Below are positions 28,189 to 38,327 of a stretch of DNA of 64,000 nucleotides, one piece after another. Source of the DNA: Myxococcota bacterium (GTDB lineage Bacteria > Myxococcota_A > UBA9160 > UBA4427); NCBI GenBank assembly GCA_965250285.1, contig OZ252299.1, forward strand, positions 1,984,001-2,048,000, in the 5' to 3' direction. The position numbers and the translations under genes were made by a program. The stretch's first letter is position 1. Every line of letters starts with the position of its first letter. The notes below the pieces were generated by a model. It was not told where the DNA came from. It searched no databases and saw only the letters and a list, made by a program, of their open reading frames with translations.

Positions 28189-29109
28189 TCAGGGCGTCGC
28201 GTTGGAGGAGGAGGCGGCGTCCGTCGCGGCCACGTCTTCGAGCGCCGGCTCGTCGAGGGGCAGCAGCCGGATCTCGATCCGCCGATTCATCGCGCGCCCC
28301 TCGGCCGAATCGTTGGCCGCGAGCGGCCTGTACTCGGCGAACGACGCGACGATCAGCCGATCGCCCGAGACGCCCTCCTCCTGCAGCAGGCGTGCGACGC
28401 GCGCGGCCCGGGCGGCACCGAGCTCCCAGTTCGTCGGGAATCGCTTCGACAGCGTGCCGCGAATCGGGACGTTGTCGGTGTGCCCCTGGACCTCGACGTG
28501 ATGGTCGAGCTCGGCCAGCTGCGCCGCGACCTTGCCGAGCACGTCGCGGCCGATGCCGTCGAGCTGCGCCGAGCCCGGGGCGAAGAGCACGTCGTCGGCC
28601 ACGTTCACGCGCAGCCCCTCTTTCAGCTGCTCGATCTGGATCTGCCCGGCGGCCAGCTCGGCTTCGAGATCCGAGACGAGATTGGTGTAGGTCGAGTTCA
28701 GCTTCTCGACCTCGGCCGAGGTCTTCGCCAGCTCGGCCTGCGACTTCTCGAGCTCGGTCGAGGTCGTGGCGAGCTGCACCGACAGCTCACGCTCGGTTTC
28801 GCTGAGCGACGCGACGCGCGACTCGAGATCCTGTCTCGAGATCCGCTCGTCCTCGAAATCCTCGAGGAGCGTCTCGAGCTCCTGGGCGAGGCTCTCGTTG
28901 CTGATGCGCGCGTTCTCGAGCTGCTGCTCGAGCGCCATGCGCTGCTGATCGAGCTGGTCGCGTTCGGCGACGACCTCGCCGTGCTTGCCGGAGCTGACGC
29001 AAGCCGTGGTCGCGGCGATCGCGAGCGACCCGACGATCGTGAAGGCGAGCGTGCGCCGGCGGTCAGACCGCGGCGACGTCGGTCGAGAGGGTGTGTTCGA
29101 GCGCTTCAT
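28189..29109 (-). CDS. OmpA/MotB-family peptidoglycan-binding protein with coiled-coil stalk (probable lipoprotein)
   Basis: TTAC putative lipobox, long heptad region, VQGHTDN, NWELGAARA, NRRIEI. Confidence 0.85.
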   Translation of the reverse strand: MKRSNTPSRPTSPRSDRRRTLAFTIVGSLAIAATTACVSSGKHGEVVAERDQLDQQRMALEQQLENARISNESLAQELETLLEDFEDERISRQDLESRVASLSETERELSVQLATTSTELEKSQAELAKTSAEVEKLNSTYTNLVSDLEAELAAGQIQIEQLKEGLRVNVADDVLFAPGSAQLDGIGRDVLGKVAAQLAELDHHVEVQGHTDNVPIRGTLSKRFPTNWELGAARAARVARLLQEEGVSGDRLIVASFAEYRPLAANDSAEGRAMNRRIEIRLLPLDEPALEDVAATDAASSSNATP

Positions 29110-31549
29110 CGATGGTCCCCACGTAGTGAAGGTGGAGACCCCTTAGCAGCTCGGCATCGATCTCGTCCACGTCTCGCTGGTTCTTCTCGGGCAGCACGAC
29201 GTGTTCGACCCCGGCTCGCTTGGCGGCCAACACCTTCTCCTTGATCCCGCCGACCGGGAGCACCTTGCCCCGCAGCGTGATCTCGCCGGTCATGGCCACC
29301 CGCGGCGTGGGGAGACGCCCGGTGAGCAGCGAAGCGAGCGAGGTGACCATGGCCACACCCGCCGACGGCCCGTCTTTCGGGACGGCGCCGGACGGCACGT
29401 GGACGTGGAGGTCGGCCTTCTCGAACGCGTCCTCTGCGATCCCGAGCTCGCCGGCGTGGCTTCTCAGCCACGTTCGTGCGGCCTCGACCGATTCCCGCAT
29501 GACATCGCCCAGCGAGCCCGTGAGCTTGAGCCCCCCTTCGCCCGCCATCTGGGTCGACTCGATGAAGAGGATGTCGCCGCCCACGGGCGTCCAGGCGAGC
29601 CCCACGGCCACGCCCGGCTGACGATCCTCCTCGACGATGTCGGGCTCGCTCTTGATCGGGCCCAGAAGGTCGATCAGGTCGTCGGGCTTCACGTGGAAGG
29701 GGCCCTTGTCTTCGTCCTCGGCCACCCGGCGGGCGATCTTGCGGCACAGCCCGCCGATCTCGCGCTCGAGGTTGCGCACGCCCGCTTCTCGGGTGTAGCG
29801 CTCGATCACGGCCTGGAGCGTCTCATCGGGGATCTCGAGCTCGACCTGCTCGATGCCGTTCTGCTCGACCTGACGCGGCAGCAGGAACCTTCGGGCGATC
29901 TCGATCTTCTCCTCGAGCGTGTAGCCCGGCAGCTCGATCACCTCCATGCGGTCGCGCAGCGCCGCCGGCACCGGGTCGATCAGGTTCGCCGTCGCGATGA
30001 ACAGCACCTGCGAGAGATCGATCGGCACCTCGAGGTAGTGATCGCTGAACTCGACGTTCTGCTCAGGATCAAGCACCTCGAGCAGCGCCGACGCCGGATC
30101 GCCCCGGCCATCGCTGCCGACCTTGTCGATCTCATCGAGCACGACCACCGGGTTGCGGGTGCCCACCTTGCGCAGGCTCTGCACGATGCGGCCGGGGAGC
30201 GCCCCGACATAGGTGCGCCGATGCCCGCGAATCTCGGCCTCATCGCGCACACCGCCGAGGCTGATGCGCGAGAAGGCTCGATCGAGGGCCCGGGCGATCG
30301 AGCGGCCGAGCGACGTCTTGCCGGTGCCCGGCGGGCCCACGAAGCAGAGGATCGGGCCCTTCAGGTCGCGCTTCAGCGACAGCACCGCGATGTACTCGAC
30401 GATGCGATCCTTGATCTTCTCGAGCCCGTAGTGGTCTTCGTCGAGGATGCGCCGGGCCTCGGCCACGTCGAGGCGATCTTCCGACATCGTCGACCACGGC
30501 AGCTCGGTCATCCACTCGAGGTACGTGCGGATCACGCTGTGTTCGGCGGCCGCGCTCGGGGTCTGCGCGAGGCGCTCGACCTCGCGCATCGCCTGCTTGT
30601 GCGCTTCTTCGGGCAGGCCTGCGGCGTCGATCTTCTCGCGAAAGAGATCGGCGCCCTCTTCACCCTCCTCGCTCTCGCCGAGCTCGCGGCGGATCGCCTC
30701 GAGCTGTTGACGCAGCATGTACTCGCGCTGCGTCTTGCCCATCTCGGTCTGGACCTTCTCCTTGATCTCGGTCTCGATCTCGAGCGCCTCGCTCTCCTTC
30801 TGGAGCTGCGCGAGAACGAAGCGCAGGCGATCGGGGACGTCGCGCTCTTCGAGCACGTGCTGCTTGCCGATCACTTCGAAGTCGAGGTTCGAGCCGACCA
30901 GGTCGGCGAGCTTCGAGGGCTCGTCGAGATTGGCGACGAGCACCTGCAGCTCGTCGCTGAGCCGGGGGCTCTCGCCGACGAGCTGGGAAAATTGCTGGGC
31001 GACGCTGCGGCTGAGCGCCTCGACCTCGACGCTCTCGAGGTCGCCCGTATCGGGTCGAACCGAGACCTGACCGGCGAGATAGGGGTCGGTCTGGTCGAAC
31101 GCGTCGATGTTCACCCGCGCGACGCCCTGCACGAGCAGGCGATACGAGTCATCGGGGAACTTCAGCATCTTCACGACGCGCAACACCGTACCCACCCGAT
31201 GCACATCGTCGGGGCCCGGCGGGCCCTCGACCGGTCGACGCACGGCCGTGCAGACGAGCATGCGGTCGGACCGCATCAGCACGTCGTCGATCAGCCGCTG
31301 CGAGGCCGGCGTGTTCACCAGCAGCGGCGAGAGCAGGTACGGAAAGAGCACGGTGTTCTTGAGGGGCAGGATCGGCAGCGTGTCGGGGATCTCGACGGCC
31401 TCGTCGTCTCCCTCGTCCTCGACGCCCGAGAGCACGCGCACCGCGGTGCCGCCCTGCGCGCGGCTGGGCTCGATCGAGCTCTCGTCGCCGTCGGTCGATC
31501 CCTCGGGCTCGTCTCGCTCGTCCCGCGGGTCTTCGACATCCTCGCTCAT
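29063..31549 (-). CDS. lon: ATP-dependent Lon protease (paralog 2)
   Basis: GPPGTGKT, VLDEIDK, PKDGPSAG, GGIKEK; start ATG 31549 after GGAG. Confidence 0.97.
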   Translation of the reverse strand: MSEDVEDPRDERDEPEGSTDGDESSIEPSRAQGGTAVRVLSGVEDEGDDEAVEIPDTLPILPLKNTVLFPYLLSPLLVNTPASQRLIDDVLMRSDRMLVCTAVRRPVEGPPGPDDVHRVGTVLRVVKMLKFPDDSYRLLVQGVARVNIDAFDQTDPYLAGQVSVRPDTGDLESVEVEALSRSVAQQFSQLVGESPRLSDELQVLVANLDEPSKLADLVGSNLDFEVIGKQHVLEERDVPDRLRFVLAQLQKESEALEIETEIKEKVQTEMGKTQREYMLRQQLEAIRRELGESEEGEEGADLFREKIDAAGLPEEAHKQAMREVERLAQTPSAAAEHSVIRTYLEWMTELPWSTMSEDRLDVAEARRILDEDHYGLEKIKDRIVEYIAVLSLKRDLKGPILCFVGPPGTGKTSLGRSIARALDRAFSRISLGGVRDEAEIRGHRRTYVGALPGRIVQSLRKVGTRNPVVVLDEIDKVGSDGRGDPASALLEVLDPEQNVEFSDHYLEVPIDLSQVLFIATANLIDPVPAALRDRMEVIELPGYTLEEKIEIARRFLLPRQVEQNGIEQVELEIPDETLQAVIERYTREAGVRNLEREIGGLCRKIARRVAEDEDKGPFHVKPDDLIDLLGPIKSEPDIVEEDRQPGVAVGLAWTPVGGDILFIESTQMAGEGGLKLTGSLGDVMRESVEAARTWLRSHAGELGIAEDAFEKADLHVHVPSGAVPKDGPSAGVAMVTSLASLLTGRLPTPRVAMTGEITLRGKVLPVGGIKEKVLAAKRAGVEHVVLPEKNQRDVDEIDAELLRGLHLHYVGTIDEALEHTLSTDVAAV

Positions 31550-31652
31550 GCGCACTCCACGCGGATCGAATCGCGGCTCGCGCCGATGCTCCACCGGCAC
31601 TTCGATGCATTCACCACTCGGGTCGTTCACTCGTTCTCCGTGCGACACGACG

Positions 31653-32018
31653 TCACTCGACGTCGATCTGCCGGCGGGCCGGCAGGTGCTTGGGCAGATG
31701 AATGGTGAGGAAGCCGTCCTCGAGATGGGCGCCGACCTTTTCGCGGTCGAACGGGACGCTGATCCGCACCTCGCGCTCGAAGGGTCCGAACGCGATCTCC
31801 ATGCGATGCAGCCGCCGCGCGCTGGGGGCCGACGGAACCCGCCGGACCCCACTCACGCGCAGCAGCTCGCCGTCGACCTGAACTTTCAGGTCTTCGCCTC
31901 GCACGCCGGCGATCTCCACGCGCACGACGATGGCGTCGTCGGTCTCGAAGACGTCCATCGCCGGCTGCCAGCGATCACCGCGGAGGCGGTCGGAGAACTC
32001 GGGGTAGAGCTCCGACAT
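31653..32018 (-). CDS. Hsp20/alpha-crystallin small heat-shock protein
   Basis: WQPAMDVFET, EIAGV, FGPFER, LEDGFLTIHLPK. Confidence 0.92.
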   Translation of the reverse strand: MSELYPEFSDRLRGDRWQPAMDVFETDDAIVVRVEIAGVRGEDLKVQVDGELLRVSGVRRVPSAPSARRLHRMEIAFGPFEREVRISVPFDREKVGAHLEDGFLTIHLPKHLPARRQIDVE

Positions 32019-32037
32019 CGGCTCCTTCCGATCTCGG

Positions 32038-33948
32038 TCAGGAATCGCCCTTTTCCTCGGTGTACTCGGCGTCGATCACGTCTTCGTCTGAGTCGCCCTG
32101 GGGCTCTGCGCTGGCGCCACCGGTCGCACCCTCCTCGGGTGCGCCCGCCTGGTAGAGCTTCTCGGCGACGCCGTGCAGAGCACCTTCGATGCTCTTCTGG
32201 GCCGCTTCGAGCTTCGCCACGTCCTCCGACTCGAGATCGGTCTTCGCTTCGGCGATCGCCGACTCGATCTTCGACTTCTCGTCGGCCTCGAGCTTGTCCC
32301 CGTTCTCGCTGAGGAGCTTCTCGGCCTGATAGATCGTCGTGTCGAGCAGGTTGCGCTTCTCGCTGAGATCGCGGCGCTTCTGGTCCTCGGCGGCATTCGC
32401 CTCGGCGTCCTGCACCATCTTGTCGATCTCGTCGTTCGACAGACCGCCGCTGCCCTCGATCCGGATCGACTGCTCCTTGCCCGTCGCCTTGTCGAGGGCC
32501 GAGACCGAGAGGATGCCGTTCGCGTCGATGTCGAACGTCACCTCGATCTGCGGAACGCCGCGGGGCGCCGGCGGAATGCCGTCGAGGATGAACCGGCCGA
32601 GTTCGCGGTTGTCGTCCGCCATCTCGCGCTCGCCCTGCAGCACGCGGATCTCCACCTGAGGCTGACTGTCGCTCGCCGTCGAGAAGACCTGCTGCGCCTT
32701 GGTCGGGATCGTCGTGTTGCGCTCGACCAGCTTGGTCATGACACGACCCTGGGTCTCGATGCCGAGCGAGAGCGGGCAGACGTCGAGCAGGAGCACGTCC
32801 TTCACGTCGCCGGCCAGCACGCCACCCTGCACCGCCGCGCCGATCGCGACCACCTCGTCGGGGTTCACCGACTGGTTGGCCGGCTTGCCGAAGAGCTCCT
32901 CGACCTTCTGCTGGACCAGCGGCACTCGGGTCGAGCCACCCACCAGCACGACCTCGTCGATCTCGCTCGGCTTGAGGCCGGCGTCGGCGAGCGCCTTGCG
33001 GCACGGCTCGAGGCTCTTCTCGATGAGGTCCTCGACGAGCTGCTCGAACTTTGCGCGGCTGAGCTTCAGCACGAGGTGCTTCGGCCCCGACTGATCCGCG
33101 GTGATGTACGGCAGGTTGATGTCGGTCGACTGCGCCGTCGAGAGCTCGATCTTGGCCTTCTCGGCCGCTTCGCGCAGGCGCTGCACGGCCATCGGATCCT
33201 GCATCAGGTCGATGCCCTGATCCTTCTTGAACTCGTCGACGAGGTACTCGATCACGCGGTGATCGAGGTTGTCACCACCGAGGTGGGTGTTGCCATTGGT
33301 CGCCTTCACCTCGACCACGTTCTCGCCCACCTCGAGGATCGAGATGTCGAACGTACCGCCACCGAAGTCGAAGACCGCGATCTTCTCGTCGTCTTCCTTG
33401 TCGAGGCCGTAGGCCAGCGCGGCCGCCGTGGGCTCGTTGATGATGCGCTTGACGTCGAGGCCCGCGATCTTGCCCGCATCCTTGGTCGCCTGGCGCTGAG
33501 CATCATTGAAGTACGCCGGCACGGTCACGACCGCTCCGGTCACTTCGGCGCCGAGGTACGCCTCGGCGGCGGCCTTGAGCTTGCCCAGCACCATCGCCGA
33601 GATCTCGGGCGGCGAGTAGTTCTTGTCGTCGATCTTGACCGCGGCCGCGCCTTCCTTGCCCTCGACCACCTCGTACGGGACGAGCGTCGACTCTTCGGGC
33701 ACTTCCGATACGCGTCGCCCCATGAAGCGCTTGATCGAGTAGACGGTCTTCTGAGGGTTGGTGACGGCCTGGCGCTTTGCGACCGAGCCGACGAGGCGCT
33801 CGTCGTCGTCGGTGAACGCCACCACCGACGGGGTCGTGCGGCCGCCCTCCTCGTTCGGGATCACGGTGGGCTGGCCGCCCTCCATGACGGCGACCACGCT
33901 GTTCGTGGTGCCCAGATCGATGCCGATGACCTTGCCTGAATCCGCCAT
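32038..33948 (-). CDS. dnaK: Chaperone DnaK (Hsp70)
   Basis: [52 protein letters not shown]; true start ATG 33948. Confidence 0.98.
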   Translation of the reverse strand: MADSGKVIGIDLGTTNSVVAVMEGGQPTVIPNEEGGRTTPSVVAFTDDDERLVGSVAKRQAVTNPQKTVYSIKRFMGRRVSEVPEESTLVPYEVVEGKEGAAAVKIDDKNYSPPEISAMVLGKLKAAAEAYLGAEVTGAVVTVPAYFNDAQRQATKDAGKIAGLDVKRIINEPTAAALAYGLDKEDDEKIAVFDFGGGTFDISILEVGENVVEVKATNGNTHLGGDNLDHRVIEYLVDEFKKDQGIDLMQDPMAVQRLREAAEKAKIELSTAQSTDINLPYITADQSGPKHLVLKLSRAKFEQLVEDLIEKSLEPCRKALADAGLKPSEIDEVVLVGGSTRVPLVQQKVEELFGKPANQSVNPDEVVAIGAAVQGGVLAGDVKDVLLLDVCPLSLGIETQGRVMTKLVERNTTIPTKAQQVFSTASDSQPQVEIRVLQGEREMADDNRELGRFILDGIPPAPRGVPQIEVTFDIDANGILSVSALDKATGKEQSIRIEGSGGLSNDEIDKMVQDAEANAAEDQKRRDLSEKRNLLDTTIYQAEKLLSENGDKLEADEKSKIESAIAEAKTDLESEDVAKLEAAQKSIEGALHGVAEKLYQAGAPEEGATGGASAEPQGDSDEDVIDAEYTEEKGDS

Positions 33949-34142
33949 GTTGCGTTTCGCCTCCAGATCGGACCGGCTCGGCCGGCCCCGTTGATGTCTT
34001 CTTGCTGCGCGTCGCCGCCCATGCGGGTCCGCGTCGATCCGTGTGTCGTGCCGACGTCGAGGTGCCCGAGCGACCGCGCCGGCGCCCGCCGATCGCATCG
34101 CGCAGGGGCCGGGGTCCCACCCGGGCATCCGCGTCGGCGCGT

Positions 34143-34170
34143 AACCTGAACGCAGCCGACCCGGTGTCAA
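34143..34170 (-). promoter_or_regulatory. Possible sigma70 promoter for dnaK
   Basis: Perfect TTGACA (34170-34165) followed at 16 nt by a weak -10 (CAGGTT), with an AT-rich tract upstream. Confidence 0.35.
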
Positions 34171-34282
34171 CGCCGAGGCCAAAACAAATGAAGGCACGCG
34201 CGCGCTGTGCCCCCGTCTGGGCGGGTTGGGACGCCGGCGAGCGGTCGCCCTGCGGGGGCCTCGCTTGCTGTACGTCGACGCG

Positions 34283-34310
34283 CAAGTTCGAGACCCGTCG
34301 TGCCGATGAG
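34283..34310 (+). promoter_or_regulatory. sigma28-like promoter facing the T2SS operon
   Basis: CAAG-N15-GCCGATGAG. Confidence 0.55.
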
Positions 34311-34368
34311 CTGCGTATCCACGAGCATGAAGGCGGGCCAGTAACCTGCCGGAATCTCGATGGTTTGG

Positions 34369-34397
34369 TTGGATGCCCCAGACCGGGAGGGTATATT
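34369..34397 (+). promoter_or_regulatory. Putative sigma70 promoter facing the T2SS operon
   Basis: TTGGAT-N17-TATATT. Confidence 0.5.
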
Positions 34398-34785
34398 CCG
34401 GCCGCTTTCCGGGCGCCTCGCGCACCCGGTTGGGGGTGAGCGAGCTGTCCTGGTGAGTGAATCGGGGTCCCGTGGGTCTGGTCGGGCTCCTTGCGCTCGC
34501 ACGCGTGCGCAAGGGACATGGCATGCGTGAGCGGAGGCGACCTGTAGGCCGCCCGTTCGCTTCGGTGCGGTGAGGCGCGATCGGTCCCGCGAATGGAAAG
34601 GTGCACGCCCGGCGTGACCCGGTGGGGCGGGTCGGGTGTCCATGCACACCACGCGCGTCCGCCGCACGAACGGGGGGCGGTTTGCGCCCAGGTCGGTGCG
34701 GCTCGCCCTTCGAGGCGCTGTCGAGACGGCCGAGACGCGGTCGCTCCAAGACAGCGGGCACCGCGACGGAAGAGGAGTCGAAAGC

Positions 34786-35697
34786 GTGCTTGCCCGGCTC
34801 GGCTTGCGAATCGCGAACACGTTGATGTTCGTCGGGAGCTGCTTCTTGGTGGCGCAGGGCGTCAATCAGGTGAGTGAGGCCGCCCTTTCGCCCGCCGCGA
34901 GCGCCGCGCCGACGCCCGTGGTCACCGACGACCTCCAGCCCCGCAGCTGGGCCGATCGCAAGGCGATCCTCGACCGCAACCTCTTCGATGTCCAGGTCGC
35001 CGGCGGCGAGGTGGTCGAGATCGACGACGAGATCCCCGAAGAGATCGAAGACACCAAGCTGCCGCTCAAGCTGCTCGGCACGATCGCCTCGGGCGACCAG
35101 GTGATCGCCAGTGCATCGATCGAGAACGAGGGCGACCGCTCCCATCAGAACGTGCGCGTCGGCGACGACCTCAAGGGCTTCACCGACGTCGAGGTGGAAC
35201 GCATCGGGCGCGGCCACGTCGTCCTGCTGAACGGCGCCAAGCGCGAGGTGCTGAAGCTCTCGGAGGATCTCGAGATCTCGGCGGCCCCCAAGCGGCCGAC
35301 GCGGCGCAGCGCACGCTCGAGCCGCACGTCGCGTCGCTCGGAGCGCGACCCCCGCGACCGCTTGCGCGAGCTGGCCAAGAGTCGGGGCGCGGCGGCGATC
35401 TTCAGCCAGGCGAGGATCCTGCCCAAGTACGACAACGGTCAGATGGTCGGGATCCAGGTCTCGAAGATCGAGGCGGGCAGCCTCTTCGAGGACGTCGGCC
35501 TACAGGACGGCGACACGATCACCGCCGTCAACGGCGAACCGCTCGACAACCCGGCCGCGAGCAAGAACCTGCTCGACGCATTGCGCCGGGGCGAATCGAT
35601 CATCGGCACCGTCGAAGGATCCGACGGGAGCCCTCGCGACATCGAGATCACGGCCGAGAAGTTCCTCGATACGATGGACGACCTCGAGAACCAGTGA
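34786..35697 (+). CDS. gspC: Type II secretion protein C with PDZ domain
   Basis: N-terminal TM, LKLLGT HR domain, C-terminal PDZ ([13 protein letters not shown]); first gene of the operon; GTG 34786 after AGGAG. Confidence 0.88.
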   Translation: MLARLGLRIANTLMFVGSCFLVAQGVNQVSEAALSPAASAAPTPVVTDDLQPRSWADRKAILDRNLFDVQVAGGEVVEIDDEIPEEIEDTKLPLKLLGTIASGDQVIASASIENEGDRSHQNVRVGDDLKGFTDVEVERIGRGHVVLLNGAKREVLKLSEDLEISAAPKRPTRRSARSSRTSRRSERDPRDRLRELAKSRGAAAIFSQARILPKYDNGQMVGIQVSKIEAGSLFEDVGLQDGDTITAVNGEPLDNPAASKNLLDALRRGESIIGTVEGSDGSPRDIEITAEKFLDTMDDLENQ

Positions 35698-38327
35698 GGA
35701 CTGAGAGAGCAGTGCACCCGCGACGCATCACATCGACCGAGGCCGCCCTCCTCCGTGGGCTGCTGCACCGGTTTGCGCTCGCGGCCACCGCCGCGCTCGT
35801 CCTCACGCTCGCCCTCGCCTTCGTGTTACAGGCCCCCGCATTGGCGCAGCCCCGCGGCACCGGCGCGGCCGGCGACGCAAAGCGATTCAGCGACGGCTCC
35901 GAGCTCGTGCAGCTCGACTTTCGCGACGTCGAGCTCGCCGTGGTGATCGAGGCCATCGCGAAGATCACGGGCAAGAACTTCATCTATGACGACCGCGTGC
36001 GCGGGCGGGTGACGATCGTTTCGCCTTCGGAGGTCACCGCCGAGCAGGCCTATGCCGTCTTCGAGTCGGTGCTCAAGGTCAAGGGCTTCACGGCAATCCC
36101 CGGGCCGGGCGGCGTCCTCAAGATCGTGCCGGTGCGCGACGCGAAGGAGTCGAGCATCGAGACCGTGCGCGGCGACGGGCCGAGCCCGAACCGCGACCAG
36201 TTCGTCACGCGCCTCGTGCCGCTGCGATACATCGACGCCGAGGCGATCACGAACACGATCAAGCCGCTCGTGTCGAAGGACGCGTCGATGGTCGCGTACG
36301 CCCCGACCAACACGATCATCCTCACGGACACCGAGGCGAACATCCGCCGGCTGCTCACGATCTTCGAAGCGATCGACATCCGCAGCTACAAGGAGGAGCT
36401 CGCCGTCATCAAGGTCGAGCATGCCGACGCCAGCACGCTCTCGGAGCAGATCAGCGAGATCTACGGCGCCGAAGTGAGCAGCGGGGGCGGCGGGGCCGCG
36501 ACGACCGCGGCGCAGCGACGCTCGAGCCGAAGGCGTAGCCGTGCCGGCAACGCGGCCGCGGCGGCGACGCCGAACTCGACCCCGACGAACAAGGTCCGCA
36601 TCATCACCGACGAGCGCACGAACTCGCTCCTCGTGCTCGCTCCCCGCGCCGCCCTCGACGACATCCGCGAGCTCGTCCGACAACTCGACGTGCCGCTGCA
36701 GGGCTACGGCCGGATCAACGTCTACTACCTGAAGCACGCCGACGCCGAAGAGCTCGCCAACACCCTGAACTCGATGTTGTCGGGTCAGCGGTCGACGCCG
36801 ACGGCGGGCCGCACCGGTGCCGCGGGCGGCACCAGCGCGACCCAGGCCCTGCGTTCGCAGGTCACCGAGCTCTCCGAGGGCGTCACCATCACTGCCGACG
36901 CCGCGACCAATGCGCTCGTCATCCAGGGCAGCAAAGAGGCGTACGAGACGCTGAAGGGCGTCATCCGGCTGCTCGACATCGAGCGACCCCAGGTGCTCGT
37001 CGAGGCCCTGATCCTCGAGGTCAACATCACCGACGGCGTCGATCTCGGTTTCAACATGGGGTACCAGGTCGTCAACGGCGACTCCGAGTTCCTCGCTCAG
37101 ACCGGCGCCGCCATCGCGTCGGGCGTCGCGAGCGGCACCGGCACCGACGCCGCCACCCAGGGCCTCTCGAGCCTGCTGGGGACCAACGGGCTCAACGCCG
37201 GCGGCACGTGGACCAACGTCGACGAGAACGGCGACGGCAGCACCATCACCGCCGTCATCAACGCCGCAGCGCAGGACGCCAACCTGAACATCGTGTCTGC
37301 GCCCCACATCCTGACCTCGGACAACGAAGAGGCCGAGATCAAGATCGGCAACAACATCCCGATCATCACCGGCCGAACCAGCAACGCCACCGGCAACGTG
37401 AACGGCCTCAGCCAGGCGGTCAACGTCGACCGTCAGGACATCGGCGTTACGCTTCGCGTCACCCCTCAGATCAGCGAAGGCGACTCGCTGCGAATGAAGA
37501 TCTTCCAGGAGATCACCGACGTGAACGAGGATCTCTCGATCGGCGTCGGCGACCCCGAAGAGGTGGGCGTCGCCCTCTTCAATCGCAAGGTCGAGAACAC
37601 CGTCGTGGTGAACGACGGCGAGACCGTCGTCATCGGCGGCATCATCAGCGATCGCTGGACCGATTCGGAGAACAAGGTGCCGTGGCTCGGGGACATCCCG
37701 GGCCTGGGCTGGGCGTTCAAGAGCACGTCGAAGCAGCTCCAGAAGATCAACCTGATGGTCTTTCTGACGCCCCACATCATCCGCAGCGCCGAAGCCATGG
37801 AGTACGAGACGATCCGCAAGCGGCGCGAGTTCGAGCTCGAGGCAGGCGAGCGGTACAAGACCGACCCCGAGACGGCGGCGCGGTACGACGCCGAAGAAGA
37901 CCACGGTCGCCTGAGCGTCGGCAAGGCACCCGCGCGCGAGGCACTCACGGCCAACGCGCAGAAGTACCCGCTCGCGCGCCTGGAGGAGATCGAGGAGCGC
38001 CGCCGCCAGGCCGCCGCCGCCGAGGCCGAGCGCCTCGAAGAGGCGGCCCTCGCCGGCCGTTCGGCCTACGGGGTCCGGGTCGCGATCTACGCCGACGAGG
38101 ACACGGCGATGACCACCCTCACCCAACTCGTCGACGCGGGCTACGACGGCACGCTCGTCTCCGGGCAGGTCGACGGGCGCGCCATCTACGAGATCGTGGT
38201 CGGCCCCTTCGTCGACCTCCGCGCCGCCAACGACGCGTCGGCGCTGCTCCAGGACGTCTACGGCTTCGCCCCCACCGTGGTCATCACCGAGGTCACGGCG
38301 CCCGACGACGGAGGCGAGACACCGTGA
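35694..38327 (+). CDS. gspD: Type II secretion secretin D with C-terminal SPOR-like domain
   Basis: LDFRDVEL N0, repeated N-domains (DERTNSL, YYLKHADA), QVLVEALI, KVPWLGDIPGLG, LMVFLTPHI. Confidence 0.95.
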   Translation: MRTERAVHPRRITSTEAALLRGLLHRFALAATAALVLTLALAFVLQAPALAQPRGTGAAGDAKRFSDGSELVQLDFRDVELAVVIEAIAKITGKNFIYDDRVRGRVTIVSPSEVTAEQAYAVFESVLKVKGFTAIPGPGGVLKIVPVRDAKESSIETVRGDGPSPNRDQFVTRLVPLRYIDAEAITNTIKPLVSKDASMVAYAPTNTIILTDTEANIRRLLTIFEAIDIRSYKEELAVIKVEHADASTLSEQISEIYGAEVSSGGGGAATTAAQRRSSRRRSRAGNAAAAATPNSTPTNKVRIITDERTNSLLVLAPRAALDDIRELVRQLDVPLQGYGRINVYYLKHADAEELANTLNSMLSGQRSTPTAGRTGAAGGTSATQALRSQVTELSEGVTITADAATNALVIQGSKEAYETLKGVIRLLDIERPQVLVEALILEVNITDGVDLGFNMGYQVVNGDSEFLAQTGAAIASGVASGTGTDAATQGLSSLLGTNGLNAGGTWTNVDENGDGSTITAVINAAAQDANLNIVSAPHILTSDNEEAEIKIGNNIPIITGRTSNATGNVNGLSQAVNVDRQDIGVTLRVTPQISEGDSLRMKIFQEITDVNEDLSIGVGDPEEVGVALFNRKVENTVVVNDGETVVIGGIISDRWTDSENKVPWLGDIPGLGWAFKSTSKQLQKINLMVFLTPHIIRSAEAMEYETIRKRREFELEAGERYKTDPETAARYDAEEDHGRLSVGKAPAREALTANAQKYPLARLEEIEERRRQAAAAEAERLEEAALAGRSAYGVRVAIYADEDTAMTTLTQLVDAGYDGTLVSGQVDGRAIYEIVVGPFVDLRAANDASALLQDVYGFAPTVVITEVTAPDDGGETP

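Noticed and set aside
32173..33939. 588-aa plus-strand ORF antisense to dnaK, and similar long antisense ORFs over lon (29201-31708), gspD (35826-38126), tldD and wcaJ
   Set aside because: Shadow ORFs expected from high-GC codon bias; they mirror well-supported genes and show no family motifs
33949..34785. RNase P RNA, tmRNA, SRP RNA, CIRCE or a sigma54 promoter in the large spacer
   Set aside because: No GAGGAAAGTCC, tRNA-like ends, SRP loop motif or TTAGCACTC repeat; the TGGCATG candidate at 34519 has the wrong GG-to-GC spacing
32038..35217. Apparent 1059-aa DnaK with a long N-terminal extension; likewise extended pgk, tpiA, gspE, gspK, pmbA and divIVA ORFs
   Set aside because: The extensions are Arg/Pro-rich read-through of stop-poor DNA; RBS-supported starts lie at the conserved N-termini
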